Assembly (NCBI GenBank): GCA_963703225.1
Contig: OY969801.1
Location: 2,528,001 to 2,592,000, forward strand
Reading direction: 5' to 3'
DNA length: 64,000 bases
Source of the DNA: Candidatus Eiseniibacteriota bacterium
Lineage (GTDB): Bacteria > Eisenbacteria > RBG-16-71-46 > SZUA-252
Numbering within the stretch: position 1 is the first letter of the stretch; every line of letters starts with the position of its first letter. The notes below the pieces were generated by a model, which saw nothing but the letters and a program-made list of their open reading frames with translations, searched no databases and was not told the DNA's origin. Position numbers and translations under genes: made by a program. Shown piece by piece: positions 18,900 to 28,611 of the stretch.

Positions 18900-19823
18900 A
18901 TGACGACCCGCGACGCAGCACCCGCCCTGGCTCGATCCAGCCGCCGCTTCGATCCCCGTTGGTGGCAAATCTGTTGCCTCTCCGGACTTCTCACGTACGG
19001 GCTCATCTGGCTCTCCTTTGACAAGCCCCCCATTCAGGTGGCCGCGACGATCGGGACCGCACTGCTGGTCCAGTGGATCCTGACCCGCGCCCTCCGGCTC
19101 TCGCCCTTCGAATGGAAGAGCGCCCTCATCTCCGGTCTCGGCCTCTGCTTTCTCTTCCGCGCGAACGACTGGGGGCTCTCCGCGTTGACCGCCGCCCTCG
19201 CCATCGGAAGCAAGTTCTTCATCCGGTGGAACGGGAAGCACATCTGGAACCCGACCAATTTCGCGCTCGCCTTGATGATGCTCTTGCTGCCGGCCCAAGC
19301 GTGGGTCTCGCCGGGGCAATGGGGCAGCGGACCGACCCTGGCCTACGCGATGGCGTGCGGCGGGATGTTTGTCGTGAACCGCTCCGCGCGGAGCGACACG
19401 AGCATCGCCTTCATCGCCGCGTTCGCGGCGATTCTCTTCGGCCGCTCACTCTGGCTGGGGGAACCGATGAGCATCCCCATCCACCGGCTTGAGAACGGCG
19501 CGCTCATGATCTTCACGTTCCACATGATTTCGGATCCCAAGACCACTCCAAACACGCGCGCGGGACGGATCCTGTTCGCTTGCATGGTCGCGGCGGGAGC
19601 CGGGTTTGTCGCGTTCGTGCTCTTCCGGCCCAATGGGCCGATCTGGGCGCTCGCGGCGCTCGCGCCCTTGGTGCCGCTCATCGACCGCTACCTCCCCGGT
19701 CCTGGGTACAGCTGGATGCGCCCCGTGACCGGACCCCTCTGGAAAGGAGATTCCCGTGAACCGATGGCTGCTCGCTCTCGCGATCTGGTCGGCGGGCGCG
19801 TTTTCGGCGCCGGCCGCCTATAG
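18900..19823 (+). CDS. NqrB/RnfD-like integral membrane protein (stand-alone)
   Basis: Polytopic. Motifs DPRWWQI, SALISGL, AIGSKF...GKHIWNPTNF and FHMISDPKTTP match the NqrB/RnfD-like family. No other nqr/rnf genes nearby. Confidence 0.75.
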   Translation: MTTRDAAPALARSSRRFDPRWWQICCLSGLLTYGLIWLSFDKPPIQVAATIGTALLVQWILTRALRLSPFEWKSALISGLGLCFLFRANDWGLSALTAALAIGSKFFIRWNGKHIWNPTNFALALMMLLLPAQAWVSPGQWGSGPTLAYAMACGGMFVVNRSARSDTSIAFIAAFAAILFGRSLWLGEPMSIPIHRLENGALMIFTFHMISDPKTTPNTRAGRILFACMVAAGAGFVAFVLFRPNGPIWALAALAPLVPLIDRYLPGPGYSWMRPVTGPLWKGDSREPMAARSRDLVGGRVFGAGRL

Positions 19824-21126
19824 CTTCTGCGGCTTCTACGTCGCTCGAGGTGACGCGAAGATCTTCAACCGCGCGTCGAAGGTGGTGATGGTGCGCGACG
19901 GGACCCGGACCGTCCTGACCATGTCGAATGACTTCAAGGGTGACCCCAAGGAGTTCGCGGTCGTGGTGCCGGTGCCGACATTCTTGGAGAAAGGCCAGAT
20001 TCACATCGGCGACCGCGCGGTCATCGATCACCTCGACGCCTATTCCGCTCCGAGGCTGGTGGAGTACTTCGATCCCGACCCCTGCACGCGGCTCGACTAC
20101 AAGGCATCCCTCCGAATGCAAAACGGCGCGATGGCGCCGATGGCCGCCAAGGAGGTCGATCGCGCCCGCGCGCTCGGCGTCGCGGTGGAGGCAAAGTACA
20201 CCGTCGGCGAATACGACATCGTGATCCTCTCCGCCAAGCAGAGCGGCGGGCTCGAGATCTGGCTCCGCGAGAGCGGTTACACCATTCCTCCGGGGGCGGG
20301 GTCGGTCCTGGCGGGCTACATCAAGCAGAACGTCCGCTTCTTCGTGGCGAAGGTGAATTTGACGGAGCAGGCCAAGCTCGGGTTCTCCTTTCTCCGCCCG
20401 ATCCAGGTCGCGTTCGAATCGCCCAAGTTCATGCTCCCGATCCGGCTCGGCATGGTGAACGCCGATGGGCCTCAGGAGCTCTTTGTGTTCGCGCTGACGC
20501 GGGACGGCCGCGTGGAGACGACCAATTACCGCACGGTGCGGCTGCCCGAGGGATTGGATGTGCCCGAGTACGTCAAGGAGGAGTTCCCCGAGTTCTACCG
20601 CGCGATGTTCGCGGAGCAGGTTCGAAAGGAGCACGGGGAGGCGGTCTTCCTGGAATACGCGTGGGACATGGGGTGGTGCGACCCCTGCGCCGCCGATCCG
20701 CTCACGACGGAGGAGCTGCGCGGCCTGGGCGTCTGGTGGGTCGGCGATCCGCGGGGAGATTCCTCAGGCAATCCCGGATGGATCTCGCCCGGCGGCGGCG
20801 CGCAGCAGGTCTTCGTCACGCGGCTCCACGTCCGCTACGACCGCGCGCACTTCCCCGAGGATCTGCTCTTCCAGCAGACCGGCGACAAAGCGAATTTTCA
20901 GGGCCGGTTCGTGATCCATCATCCGTGGAAGGGTGACTCGGAGTGTTCGGTGGTGGATTCCTACGTCACCGAGCTTCGGGGGCGTAGGGCGAAGGAGGCT
21001 GAGAACTTGGCGTCGCTCACCGGGTGGCCGGTCGAGCGAATCCGCCGGAAGATGAACCTGGCCGCCGACTGGTCCGCACCCGGGGACAGCCACAAATGGT
21101 GGGACCGGATCTGGCCGACGAATTAG
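19756..21126 (+). CDS. DUF2330 domain secreted protein
   Basis: Signal peptide then FCGFYVA.GDAKIFN.ASKVV, APRLVEYFDPDPC, VGEYDIVILSA, LPIRLGMVNA, WCDPC, TRLHVRY, NFQGRF. Confidence 0.82.
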   Translation: MNRWLLALAIWSAGAFSAPAAYSFCGFYVARGDAKIFNRASKVVMVRDGTRTVLTMSNDFKGDPKEFAVVVPVPTFLEKGQIHIGDRAVIDHLDAYSAPRLVEYFDPDPCTRLDYKASLRMQNGAMAPMAAKEVDRARALGVAVEAKYTVGEYDIVILSAKQSGGLEIWLRESGYTIPPGAGSVLAGYIKQNVRFFVAKVNLTEQAKLGFSFLRPIQVAFESPKFMLPIRLGMVNADGPQELFVFALTRDGRVETTNYRTVRLPEGLDVPEYVKEEFPEFYRAMFAEQVRKEHGEAVFLEYAWDMGWCDPCAADPLTTEELRGLGVWWVGDPRGDSSGNPGWISPGGGAQQVFVTRLHVRYDRAHFPEDLLFQQTGDKANFQGRFVIHHPWKGDSECSVVDSYVTELRGRRAKEAENLASLTGWPVERIRRKMNLAADWSAPGDSHKWWDRIWPTN

Positions 21127-21155
21127 GGGTGCCGGATGATGGAGAGGAGCGAGCG

Positions 21156-22499
21156 ATGAAGTGGCTCACCTTGGCAGTGGCAATATTTCTGGCGGGCGGC
21201 GCGGGGACGCCGTCCGCCCGCGCGTTCTGCGGCTTCTACGTCGCGCAGGGGGACGCGAAGATCTTCAACAAGGCTTCAAAGGTCGTGCTCGCACGCGACG
21301 GCGACCGCACCGTCCTCACGATGGCCAGCGACTTCCAGGGCGATCCCAAGGAGTTCGCGGTCGTGATCCCGGTGCCGGTCGTCCTGGAGAAGGGGCAGGT
21401 GCATGTGGGCGACGCGGCCTGGGTGGACCACCTCGACGCGTATTCGGCGCCGAGGCTGGTGGAGTACTTCGATCCGAATCCATGCCCGCAGAGAGACGTG
21501 GTTGCGCTGAAGGCGGGACGCATGTCTCGAGGGGGGCGGGCAGACCAGGTGTATCAGATTCAGAACGTCGAGCTAGGGGGCGATGTCCGCGTCAGGGCCC
21601 AATTCAAGGTCGACGAGTACGAGATCATCATCCTCTCGGCGACCGAAGGGCGCGCGCTCGACCGGTGGCTGACCGAGCATGGCTACCGAATTCCCGACGG
21701 CGCGGCGCCTGTCCTCCAGAGCTACATCAAGCAGGGAATGTTCTTCTTCGTCGCGAAGGTGAACGTCGAGGAGCAGAGGCGGCGCGGGCTCAGCTACCTC
21801 CGACCGATCCAGGTGGCCTTCGAGTCCCCCAAGTTCGTGCTCCCGCTCCGCCTGGGAATGGTAAATGCGCAGGGCCCGCAAGAGATGTTCGTCCTAACGC
21901 TCACGCGCCGGGGACGGGTGGAATCGGCGAATTACCGCACCGTCCGGATGCCCACCGGTCAGGATGTCCCCGAGTTCGTGCAGACAACGTTCGCAAACTT
22001 CTACCGGCTCGCCTTCGACAGTCAGCAGCGCCGGGAGCGAGGTTCGGCTGTGTTTCTCGAATACGCCTGGATGGTGGTGCCCAACACCCCGTCGTGCGAT
22101 CCCTGCACCGCGCCGTATATGACCCCGGCCGAGCTGCGGTCGCTGGGCGCGTTCTGGATCAGCATGGACCCTGGACGTCCCGGGCAGGCGATGTTGACCC
22201 GCCTCCACCTCCGCTACGACAAGGAGCACTTTCCGGAGGACCTTCAGCTCCAGGAGACCGCCGACAAGGAAAACTGGCAGGCGCGGTACGTTCTCCATCA
22301 TCCCTATCGTGGCACCGATGAGTGCCCCGAGCTGGCATCCTACCGGCGGACGGTCTGGGATCGCCGCCGCGGTGAGGCGGACAACTACGCCGCGCTCACG
22401 GGTGTGAACGTCGTCACGGTCCGCAAACAGATGGGAGTGGAAGAGGACTGGTCCGAGCCCACCGAGACGATGGTTTGGTGGGAGCGCTTGTGGAGATAA
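21156..22499 (+). CDS. DUF2330 domain secreted protein (tandem paralog)
   Basis: Same motifs as the upstream gene (FCGFYVAQGDAKIFNKASKVV, APRLVEYFDPNPC, SCDPC, TRLHLRY). GAGGAG RBS before ATG 21156. Confidence 0.82.
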   Translation: MKWLTLAVAIFLAGGAGTPSARAFCGFYVAQGDAKIFNKASKVVLARDGDRTVLTMASDFQGDPKEFAVVIPVPVVLEKGQVHVGDAAWVDHLDAYSAPRLVEYFDPNPCPQRDVVALKAGRMSRGGRADQVYQIQNVELGGDVRVRAQFKVDEYEIIILSATEGRALDRWLTEHGYRIPDGAAPVLQSYIKQGMFFFVAKVNVEEQRRRGLSYLRPIQVAFESPKFVLPLRLGMVNAQGPQEMFVLTLTRRGRVESANYRTVRMPTGQDVPEFVQTTFANFYRLAFDSQQRRERGSAVFLEYAWMVVPNTPSCDPCTAPYMTPAELRSLGAFWISMDPGRPGQAMLTRLHLRYDKEHFPEDLQLQETADKENWQARYVLHHPYRGTDECPELASYRRTVWDRRRGEADNYAALTGVNVVTVRKQMGVEEDWSEPTETMVWWERLWR

Positions 22500-22545
22500 C
22501 CCCCCCGACGGGGGCGGGGCGGTGCCGAGAGGGGCCGCCCCGGCC
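22500..22545. terminator. GC-rich hairpin(s) between convergent genes
   Basis: CCCCC-cgac-GGGGG and GGGGCGG...CCGCCCC inverted repeats between the stops at 22499 and 22553. Confidence 0.3.
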
Positions 22546-22552
22546 TCCGGAA

Positions 22553-23077
22553 TTACGCCGCCGACTTCGCTCCGCGCCCCTGAACGGCGCGCAGGATCCA
22601 CATGACTCCATCGAGCGCGAAGACAAGCGGGCTCGATTTCCTGTCGGCGTAGAGAAGCAGGACGTACGACCAGCCGATCGGGTAGCCCTTCCGCGCCTTG
22701 CGCGCGAGCTTCCCGAGACGCTCCCAGCCCGTGTGGGTCAGCTCGAGCCGGGTTCCCCGCTCCATCATGGAGAAGCGTACCTCGATCTCCTGGGAAGTCT
22801 CGGGCGCCATGCCGGGATGCCACGTGAACGCGACGCGAGTGGGCGGCTCCCAACCGGTCACGGTGCCCCAGGTGTGCTCGCCGCCTCCCTGGTCGACCTC
22901 GTAAATTCGCCCCCCCACCCGCCTTTCAAAGACGACGCGCTCTGCCTTCTCGCCTCCCACGGAGTGGCTCCGAATCGGCCACCAGTCGTGGATCTGCTCG
23001 GTGAACCGACGAAACGCCGCGTCGGGCGCCCAGGGCACGGTGATGGTCCGGTGTAGCGGCGGAATGGGTGTGGTCAT
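22553..23077 (-). CDS. SRPBCC/AHSA1 (START-like) domain protein
   Basis: AFRRFT..I..WWP, GGRIYE, WGTVTGWEPPTRVAFTW, TRLELTHTGWE, GW. Confidence 0.88.
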   Translation of the reverse strand: MTTPIPPLHRTITVPWAPDAAFRRFTEQIHDWWPIRSHSVGGEKAERVVFERRVGGRIYEVDQGGGEHTWGTVTGWEPPTRVAFTWHPGMAPETSQEIEVRFSMMERGTRLELTHTGWERLGKLARKARKGYPIGWSYVLLLYADRKSSPLVFALDGVMWILRAVQGRGAKSAA

Positions 23078-23403
23078 GCGTTCTCCTTGGTTCGACCGGC
23101 TCGCCGCGGGCGGCGTTTGCCTCCGGCGTAGGCCGTGAGGACCTCGTCCCAGAACGATTCGAGATAGGCCCGGAGCGGCTCCAAGCCGCCCAGATCAACC
23201 CGGTAGATGTGCCGCGTTCCTTCGCGCCGGCTCCGCACGAGTCGGGCGCGGCGCAGCACGGCCAGGTGTTGAGACGCGGCTGGCTGGGTCACGTCCACGG
23301 CGCGGGCGAGCTCACCCACCCCGTGCGGCCGCCGGCGAAGCCGCGCCAAGATGGCCCTGCGGGTGGGATCGGCCAGAGCGCTGAGCGTATCTATATAGGC
23401 CAT
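23074..23403 (-). CDS. ArsR/SmtB family transcriptional regulator
   Basis: ALADPTRRAIL, VGELA, TQPAASQHLAVLRRARLV, REGT..IY. Translationally coupled to the SRPBCC gene. Confidence 0.9.
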   Translation of the reverse strand: MAYIDTLSALADPTRRAILARLRRRPHGVGELARAVDVTQPAASQHLAVLRRARLVRSRREGTRHIYRVDLGGLEPLRAYLESFWDEVLTAYAGGKRRPRRAGRTKENA

Positions 23404-23442
23404 TACTTATATAAGTATATACGCATGATAAGGCGTTGTCAA
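23404..23442 (-). promoter_or_regulatory. Sigma70 promoter with overlapping 14-bp palindromic operator
   Basis: Minus strand TTGACA (23442-23437), 17 nt, TATACT (23419-23414). Perfect palindrome TACTTATATAAGTA at 23404-23417, abutting the ATG. Confidence 0.75.
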
Positions 23443-23592
23443 GGGAGAAGGTTGGGCGTGCAGGGAACGTTACAGAAACGCGGCGGAAGCTATCCCTCCG
23501 CCGCCATCACGCCGTCGAGGAGCGCCCCGAATGCGAATAACGAAACCAGCTTCATGCGAGCACTCCGCCTCTCCCAGTCCATCTGCCCGATC

Positions 23593-24231
23593 CTAGCTCA
23601 GCACCTTGTACGCGTGCGCCCAGTCCTGCCGGAGAAAGCCCGGAATGCACCAGAGGATGCAGAGCGGCTCGATCGCGCGGGCCGCTTCCACCTTCCCCAT
23701 GTCCGCGGTCTCCCATCCGAACTGGTCCAGAATTCCGGTCACCGCCTTCTTGGCCCCTTCGTCATCGCCGCAGATGAACATGGTCGGCTTCCCGCCCGCG
23801 AGCTTTGGATTGACCATCAGCGCGTTTCCGACCGAGTTGAAGGCCTTGACGAACCGTGCGGCGGGGAATTCACGCTGCAGGCGCTCCATGAGAGAGTCCT
23901 CGAGGGTCGTGAAAAACCGGAGCACGCCGTTCACCGGAGGCAAGTCGGCGATGGGATTCGTCGCGTCGATGATCGGCTTTCCCGCCAGATTCTTGGCCCC
24001 CGCGGAATTCAACACCGTGCCTGCCGCCGTCCCCTTGACCGCGAGCACGATCATCTCTCCGAACGCGGCCGCGTCCGCGAAGCTACCAACGCTGACTCCC
24101 CGGTTCTGCGCGGCCCATTCGGCCAGTTTTGCGGGCTCGCGCGTGCCCATCTTCACTTTGTGGCCGTGGCGCAGAAAGCCGGCCGCCAGCGTCTTGGCCA
24201 CCGCACCAGAGCCCAAAAGACCAATATTCAT
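23593..24231 (-). CDS. NADPH-dependent F420 reductase-like dinucleotide-binding oxidoreductase
   Basis: IGLLGSGAVA, IIDATNP, VKAFNSV, FICGDD..AK, D.G....ARAIEP. Confidence 0.85.
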   Translation of the reverse strand: MNIGLLGSGAVAKTLAAGFLRHGHKVKMGTREPAKLAEWAAQNRGVSVGSFADAAAFGEMIVLAVKGTAAGTVLNSAGAKNLAGKPIIDATNPIADLPPVNGVLRFFTTLEDSLMERLQREFPAARFVKAFNSVGNALMVNPKLAGGKPTMFICGDDEGAKKAVTGILDQFGWETADMGKVEAARAIEPLCILWCIPGFLRQDWAHAYKVLS

Positions 24232-24318
24232 GCTGGATCCCTCCCTTCCTCAGCTACGGAGACAATGTACTGTAAGCTTCGGCGTTGCTCCCTACCTTAA
24301 CCATTCTGGAGGGTGGAA

Positions 24319-24768
24319 ATGCGGTTTCGTGAAAAGAGCGCCTGGGCTTGCCTGGTCACCACGATCGCGGTCTTCGTTCCCTACTTCGCCTACGTCCTTG
24401 CCCTCTTTCGACGCGGCGAGCTCAGTCCCGGTGCGGTGATGACCGCGTTCATGGCGGCGGTCGCCTTCCAAATCGCGCTGAACGTGATCGCGCACATCGG
24501 TCTCTCGGTTCGGGGCGGGCAGGAGAAGAGGGACGAACGGGCCGTCGCGATCGAGTCCAAATCGTTCAAGAACGCCTACGTCGTCCTCGTGGCGACTTTG
24601 GTCGTGGCCATCATCGGCGTCACGGTTTTCGCGGTGGCACCCAGGTCCGCGTACACCGGGCCCGCGATGGCGCTCACGTTCCTGAGCCAGGTGATTCTTC
24701 TCTGCGTCATCCTCGCCGAGACGGCCAAGTACTCGACCCGTGCGGTCTGCTACCGCCGCGGGAGCTGA
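24319..24768 (+). CDS. Hypothetical membrane protein (4 TM, DER motif; DUF2178-like)
   Basis: M.FREKSAW, hydrophobic helices, DERAVAIE, C-terminal YRRG. GGAGG RBS. Confidence 0.65.
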   Translation: MRFREKSAWACLVTTIAVFVPYFAYVLALFRRGELSPGAVMTAFMAAVAFQIALNVIAHIGLSVRGGQEKRDERAVAIESKSFKNAYVVLVATLVVAIIGVTVFAVAPRSAYTGPAMALTFLSQVILLCVILAETAKYSTRAVCYRRGS

Positions 24769-25125
24769 TCAGCCCGACTTGTTGCCTCTGGCCTCCCCGC
24801 CTTCGGGGCCGTAGAACAAGACCCAGACGACCAGGCCCGGGGAAAACTCCTCGAATCGATGAACGACACCGGCGGGGGCAAAGAGAAAATCTCCCGGCCC
24901 GAACTCCTGCCGGCCCGCGTCGCTCACGAAGGTGCCGGTGCCCGAGACGACTACGTAGGCCTCGTCCCGCGTGTGGGACGTTTGGGGGTCGCGGCCGACC
25001 GGGGCGTAGATCTCGACTTGCAGGCTGCCGTGGCGGAATACTGTGGCGAAGCGCTCTCCATTCGGCCCCGGGACCGTCGAGAGCGCTTCGGCGCTCGTCA
25101 GACGCCGACGAGCGTCGAGCTTCAT
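24769..25125 (-). CDS. Cupin domain protein
   Basis: HGSL.VE.YAP...DPQ..H..DE.YVV.SG.G and FGPGD.LF.PAG..HRFE.F. Confidence 0.85.
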   Translation of the reverse strand: MKLDARRRLTSAEALSTVPGPNGERFATVFRHGSLQVEIYAPVGRDPQTSHTRDEAYVVVSGTGTFVSDAGRQEFGPGDFLFAPAGVVHRFEEFSPGLVVWVLFYGPEGGEARGNKSG

Positions 25126-25148
25126 CGAACCGGCGCCGGAATCACTGG

Positions 25149-25538
25149 TTATCGAGAAACTTGGGATGGGGAGACCCCGAGCCACTCCAAGGCCGACGAA
25201 GCATCCCGGAAGACCGCGGTCTCGACTCCCACGCCCTCGGTGTAGGCGCTCCCCATGCGGCTCAAGCCGAAATGCAGATCCCTGCTCGCCACGATGGCGC
25301 ACCGCCCGCCGATCCGCTTCGCGTAGGGCCCAAGGTATTCCGCTACCTGGCGAATTTCCTGTGGCTCCCGCGTCCCCAGCGATTCAGACGCCGTCACGTC
25401 CACCAATAGCGCCACCGGGTTCGGGCAGGCCGGATCGGCGATTCCGGCGAGGAACTCCCGGATGATGTCCTGGGGCTCGTATTGCCCTTCAAGCTTCAGG
25501 CGGAGCAGACCACCTTCGATTGTGTAGGACACGGCCAT
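25149..25538 (-). CDS. Hypothetical protein (STAS/SpoIIAA-like alpha/beta fold)
   Basis: LLVD, R.AIVA...L.FGLSRM and VFRD...ALEWL pattern. GGGG RBS. Confidence 0.6.
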   Translation of the reverse strand: MAVSYTIEGGLLRLKLEGQYEPQDIIREFLAGIADPACPNPVALLVDVTASESLGTREPQEIRQVAEYLGPYAKRIGGRCAIVASRDLHFGLSRMGSAYTEGVGVETAVFRDASSALEWLGVSPSQVSR

Positions 25539-25596
25539 ATATTTTCCCCCCTGGGACCTACTATACGCTCGCGTCGCCCCGGGAGCTACCCCCCCC

Positions 25597-28500
25597 TCAA
25601 AGCCGCTCCACCCTGTCCGCCGTCAGCGTGCAAACCCCACAATCCTCCTCGACGAGCCCCGTGAGCAGGAAGGGGCGCGTGCTGGTAAGCAGGTGGCAGA
25701 AGCGGCGGTAGGCATCGGGGAAGAGCGTCACGTCGTAGATCGCGGTGGTGTCCTCGAAGCAGAGAAACTCCATCGGCTCGCCCGCCTGGGTCTGGACAAG
25801 CTTCGACGTGACATGCCAGCCGAGGACGCGGACCCTGCGCCCGGCGTGGCGGTCGAGATCGCGGGCTTGGATGACGCCGCGCCCGCGGAGCGAGCGCTCG
25901 TAGGGCTCGAGGGGGTGGGCGCTCAACAGGAAGCCGAGGGTCTCGACCTCGTGGCGCAGCACCGTCGCGCGGTCGTAAGCGGGGGCGCGCGGCGCCGCCG
26001 CGGGGCCCGCCTCGAAGAGCTCGAGCGCCCGCCCGGGCGCCGTGGCCCCAGACCCGGTGCCGCCACGGCCGTCGATGTAGAGCTCCCAGAGAAGCTCCGG
26101 CCGCGTGCGGCCACGAGCGACGGAGTCGAGCGCGCCGGCCTTGACGAGCAGCTCCGCGTCGCTCGGGCGAAGCGCCACCCGACCGCGCAGATCGGCGAAC
26201 GAGCAAAACGGCCCTCCGCGCGCCCGCTCGGCGAGGAGCGCGTCGAGCGTCTCGTGGCGGAGCCCCTTCAGCTGCATCAGCCCGACGCGGACCTCGCGAC
26301 CCCTCCCCGTGTACGCGCGCTCGCTCGCGTTGACGTCGGGAGGGAGGACGGAGAGCCCCATCCGCCGCGCTTCGGACAAATAGGCGAACGTCGAGTAATA
26401 GCCACCCTGGTTCGAGATCACAGCCGCCATGAACTCGGCGGGGTAATGCGCGCGCAGCCAGCCGGAGCGAAACGACACCAGAGCGTAGGAAGCGCTGTGC
26501 GGCTTGCAGAAGGAATAGCCGGCGAACGAGAGGATCATCTCCCAGACCTTGTCGATCACGTCGCGCGCGGCGCCGCGGGCCTTGGCCCCGGCGTAGAACT
26601 CCGCCTGGTACGCGCGGAGGGGCTTCGCCGGCCGCTTCTGGCTCAACGCCTTGCGCAGCCCCTCCGCCTGGGCCAGCGAGAGCCCGGCCAGCTCCATCGA
26701 GACCTTCGTCACGTCTTCCTGGTAGCACATGATCCCGTACGTTTCGTCGAGCGTGTGCGTGAGCGCCGGGTGGAGCGGCTCGTACGCGCCGCCGTGGAGC
26801 CGCCGCACGTATTCCCGGATGAAGCGGTTCGCGGCCGGCCGGATCATCGACGAGTGGATCACGAGGTGATCGAAATCCCCGACGCGCGCCTTTCGCTGGA
26901 GCTGGCGCATGGAGGGCGACTCGACGTAGAAGACGCCGATCGTCTCGCCGGCCTTCATCAGCCGCTGCGTCGCGGGGTCCTCGATCGGGTTCCACGCGCG
27001 CTCGTCGATCGCGAGGCCGGTGTTTCGTTCCACCGCCGCCACCGCGTCGCGGATCACGGCGAGCGAGCGGTTCCCGAGCAGGTCCATCTTCACGAGGCCG
27101 TAGTCCTCCACCTGGTCCTTCTCCCACTGGACGATCGGCACGCCCTTGGGCGCGATCTCGACGGGGACGTGGTCGGCGAGCGCGTCGGGAACGAGGACGA
27201 CGCCCCCGCTGTGGACGCTCAGGTGGCGCGGGTGCCCCTCGAGCGCGACCGCCTGCGCGAGGATCTCGGGCCAGGGCGGCTCGAAGTCGACGTCCTTGAA
27301 GCGGGGGCGACCGTCGAGGCGCTCGACCGGATCCTCCAGCCCCCAATATCCCGAGAGCCGCTTCGTGACGTTCATGATCTCGGCCTCGGGCAACCCGTAG
27401 ACCTTGGCGATCTCGTGGATCGCTCCCTTGGCGCGGAAGCCGACGTGGTTGGCGACCATCGCCGCGCGCACCGGCGCTCCGTTCTCCTCGAGCACCGCGA
27501 GCTGAATCGCGTCCCGCTCGTCCCACGCGAAGTCGACGTCGATGTCCGGCGGATCCTTCCGCTCGGGCGAGAGGAAACGCTCGAAGAACAGGTTGTGCCG
27601 CACCGGATCGACGTGGGTGATGCCCAGGAGGTAGGCGACGATGCTCGCGGCGCCCGACCCTCGGCCACACGTACGCGGTGTCCGGGACGTGATCGCCTCC
27701 ACGATGAGGAAGTAGTCGGCGTAGCCTTTGTCGCGGATGATCGCGAGCTCGCGCTCGAGGCGCGTTCGCACGTCGGGGCTGGGGTCGCGGCCGTACCGGT
27801 GGAGGATCCCGGCCTCGCACCGGGCGCGGAGGATCTCGAAGGCGTCGCCTCGATCGAGCGGGTACGAGGGAAAGACGGTCCGCCCCATCGGCCAGTCGGC
27901 CGCGCACTCCTCGCCGATCCTCGCCGCGTTCTCCATCGCCTCGGGCGCGTGCGGGAAGCGCGCCTCCATCTCGGCGGCCGACGTGAAGGTTCGCGCCGGC
28001 TCCGCGAGGTCCTCGGGGGGCACCCGGTCGAGCGTGGTGTTCCGGTCGATGGCGCGGAGCACCTGGTGGAGCCGGTGCCCTTCCCGGTGGACGAAGTGGA
28101 CGTTGTTCGTGGCCACGCACGGGATGCCCTCGGCGCGTGCCCACTGCCGGAGCGCGCGGTCTCCGCGGCCCGGGACCAGCTCGGCGTAGACGGGGAGCGC
28201 GTCCCCGAGCGCCGTCAGGTGGGCGCGGTTCTCGGAAAGAAGGACGAGGCCTTCGGCGTTCGCGCGGGTGGAGGCGACGAGCGCGAACGCCGGATCGAGG
28301 TGGCGCGCGGTGAGGACGCGGCAGAGCGAGCGGTAGCCCTCGCGGCCGCGCGCGAGGAGGACGGCGCGGGCGGGGCCGTCGCCGTTGTGTGCCGCGGCGG
28401 GGCTCTCCACCACTTCCGCGCCGGCAATCGGCGTGAGCCCGGTCTCGGCGCAGATTTGCCGGTAGAAGACGAAGCCGTAGAGGGCATTCGTGTCGGTGAG

Positions 28501-28611
28501 CGCGAAGCGGTCCATCCCGTGCTCGCGCGCGGCCTGCGCCAGGGCCTCGAGCGTGTCGACGCCCCGCATCAGCGAGTAGTGGCTATGGACGTGCAGGTGT
28601 ACGAACGACAA
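25597..28611 (-). CDS. dnaE2: Error-prone DNA polymerase III alpha (DnaE2-type)
   Basis: PHP domain (HLHVHSHYS, ALTD), GRGSGAAS, FERFL, catalytic PDIDVDF, HSGG, KMDLLG, YQE, SFCKPHS, PPDVN, OB fold (EDTT). Overlaps the imuB-like gene. Confidence 0.9.
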   Translation of the reverse strand: MSFVHLHVHSHYSLMRGVDTLEALAQAAREHGMDRFALTDTNALYGFVFYRQICAETGLTPIAGAEVVESPAAAHNGDGPARAVLLARGREGYRSLCRVLTARHLDPAFALVASTRANAEGLVLLSENRAHLTALGDALPVYAELVPGRGDRALRQWARAEGIPCVATNNVHFVHREGHRLHQVLRAIDRNTTLDRVPPEDLAEPARTFTSAAEMEARFPHAPEAMENAARIGEECAADWPMGRTVFPSYPLDRGDAFEILRARCEAGILHRYGRDPSPDVRTRLERELAIIRDKGYADYFLIVEAITSRTPRTCGRGSGAASIVAYLLGITHVDPVRHNLFFERFLSPERKDPPDIDVDFAWDERDAIQLAVLEENGAPVRAAMVANHVGFRAKGAIHEIAKVYGLPEAEIMNVTKRLSGYWGLEDPVERLDGRPRFKDVDFEPPWPEILAQAVALEGHPRHLSVHSGGVVLVPDALADHVPVEIAPKGVPIVQWEKDQVEDYGLVKMDLLGNRSLAVIRDAVAAVERNTGLAIDERAWNPIEDPATQRLMKAGETIGVFYVESPSMRQLQRKARVGDFDHLVIHSSMIRPAANRFIREYVRRLHGGAYEPLHPALTHTLDETYGIMCYQEDVTKVSMELAGLSLAQAEGLRKALSQKRPAKPLRAYQAEFYAGAKARGAARDVIDKVWEMILSFAGYSFCKPHSASYALVSFRSGWLRAHYPAEFMAAVISNQGGYYSTFAYLSEARRMGLSVLPPDVNASERAYTGRGREVRVGLMQLKGLRHETLDALLAERARGGPFCSFADLRGRVALRPSDAELLVKAGALDSVARGRTRPELLWELYIDGRGGTGSGATAPGRALELFEAGPAAAPRAPAYDRATVLRHEVETLGFLLSAHPLEPYERSLRGRGVIQARDLDRHAGRRVRVLGWHVTSKLVQTQAGEPMEFLCFEDTTAIYDVTLFPDAYRRFCHLLTSTRPFLLTGLVEEDCGVCTLTADRVERL

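Noticed and set aside
18900..19823. Part of a Na+-NQR or Rnf complex
   Set aside because: No other nqr/rnf subunits are in the window, the protein is shorter, and it lacks an evident FMN-attachment motif.
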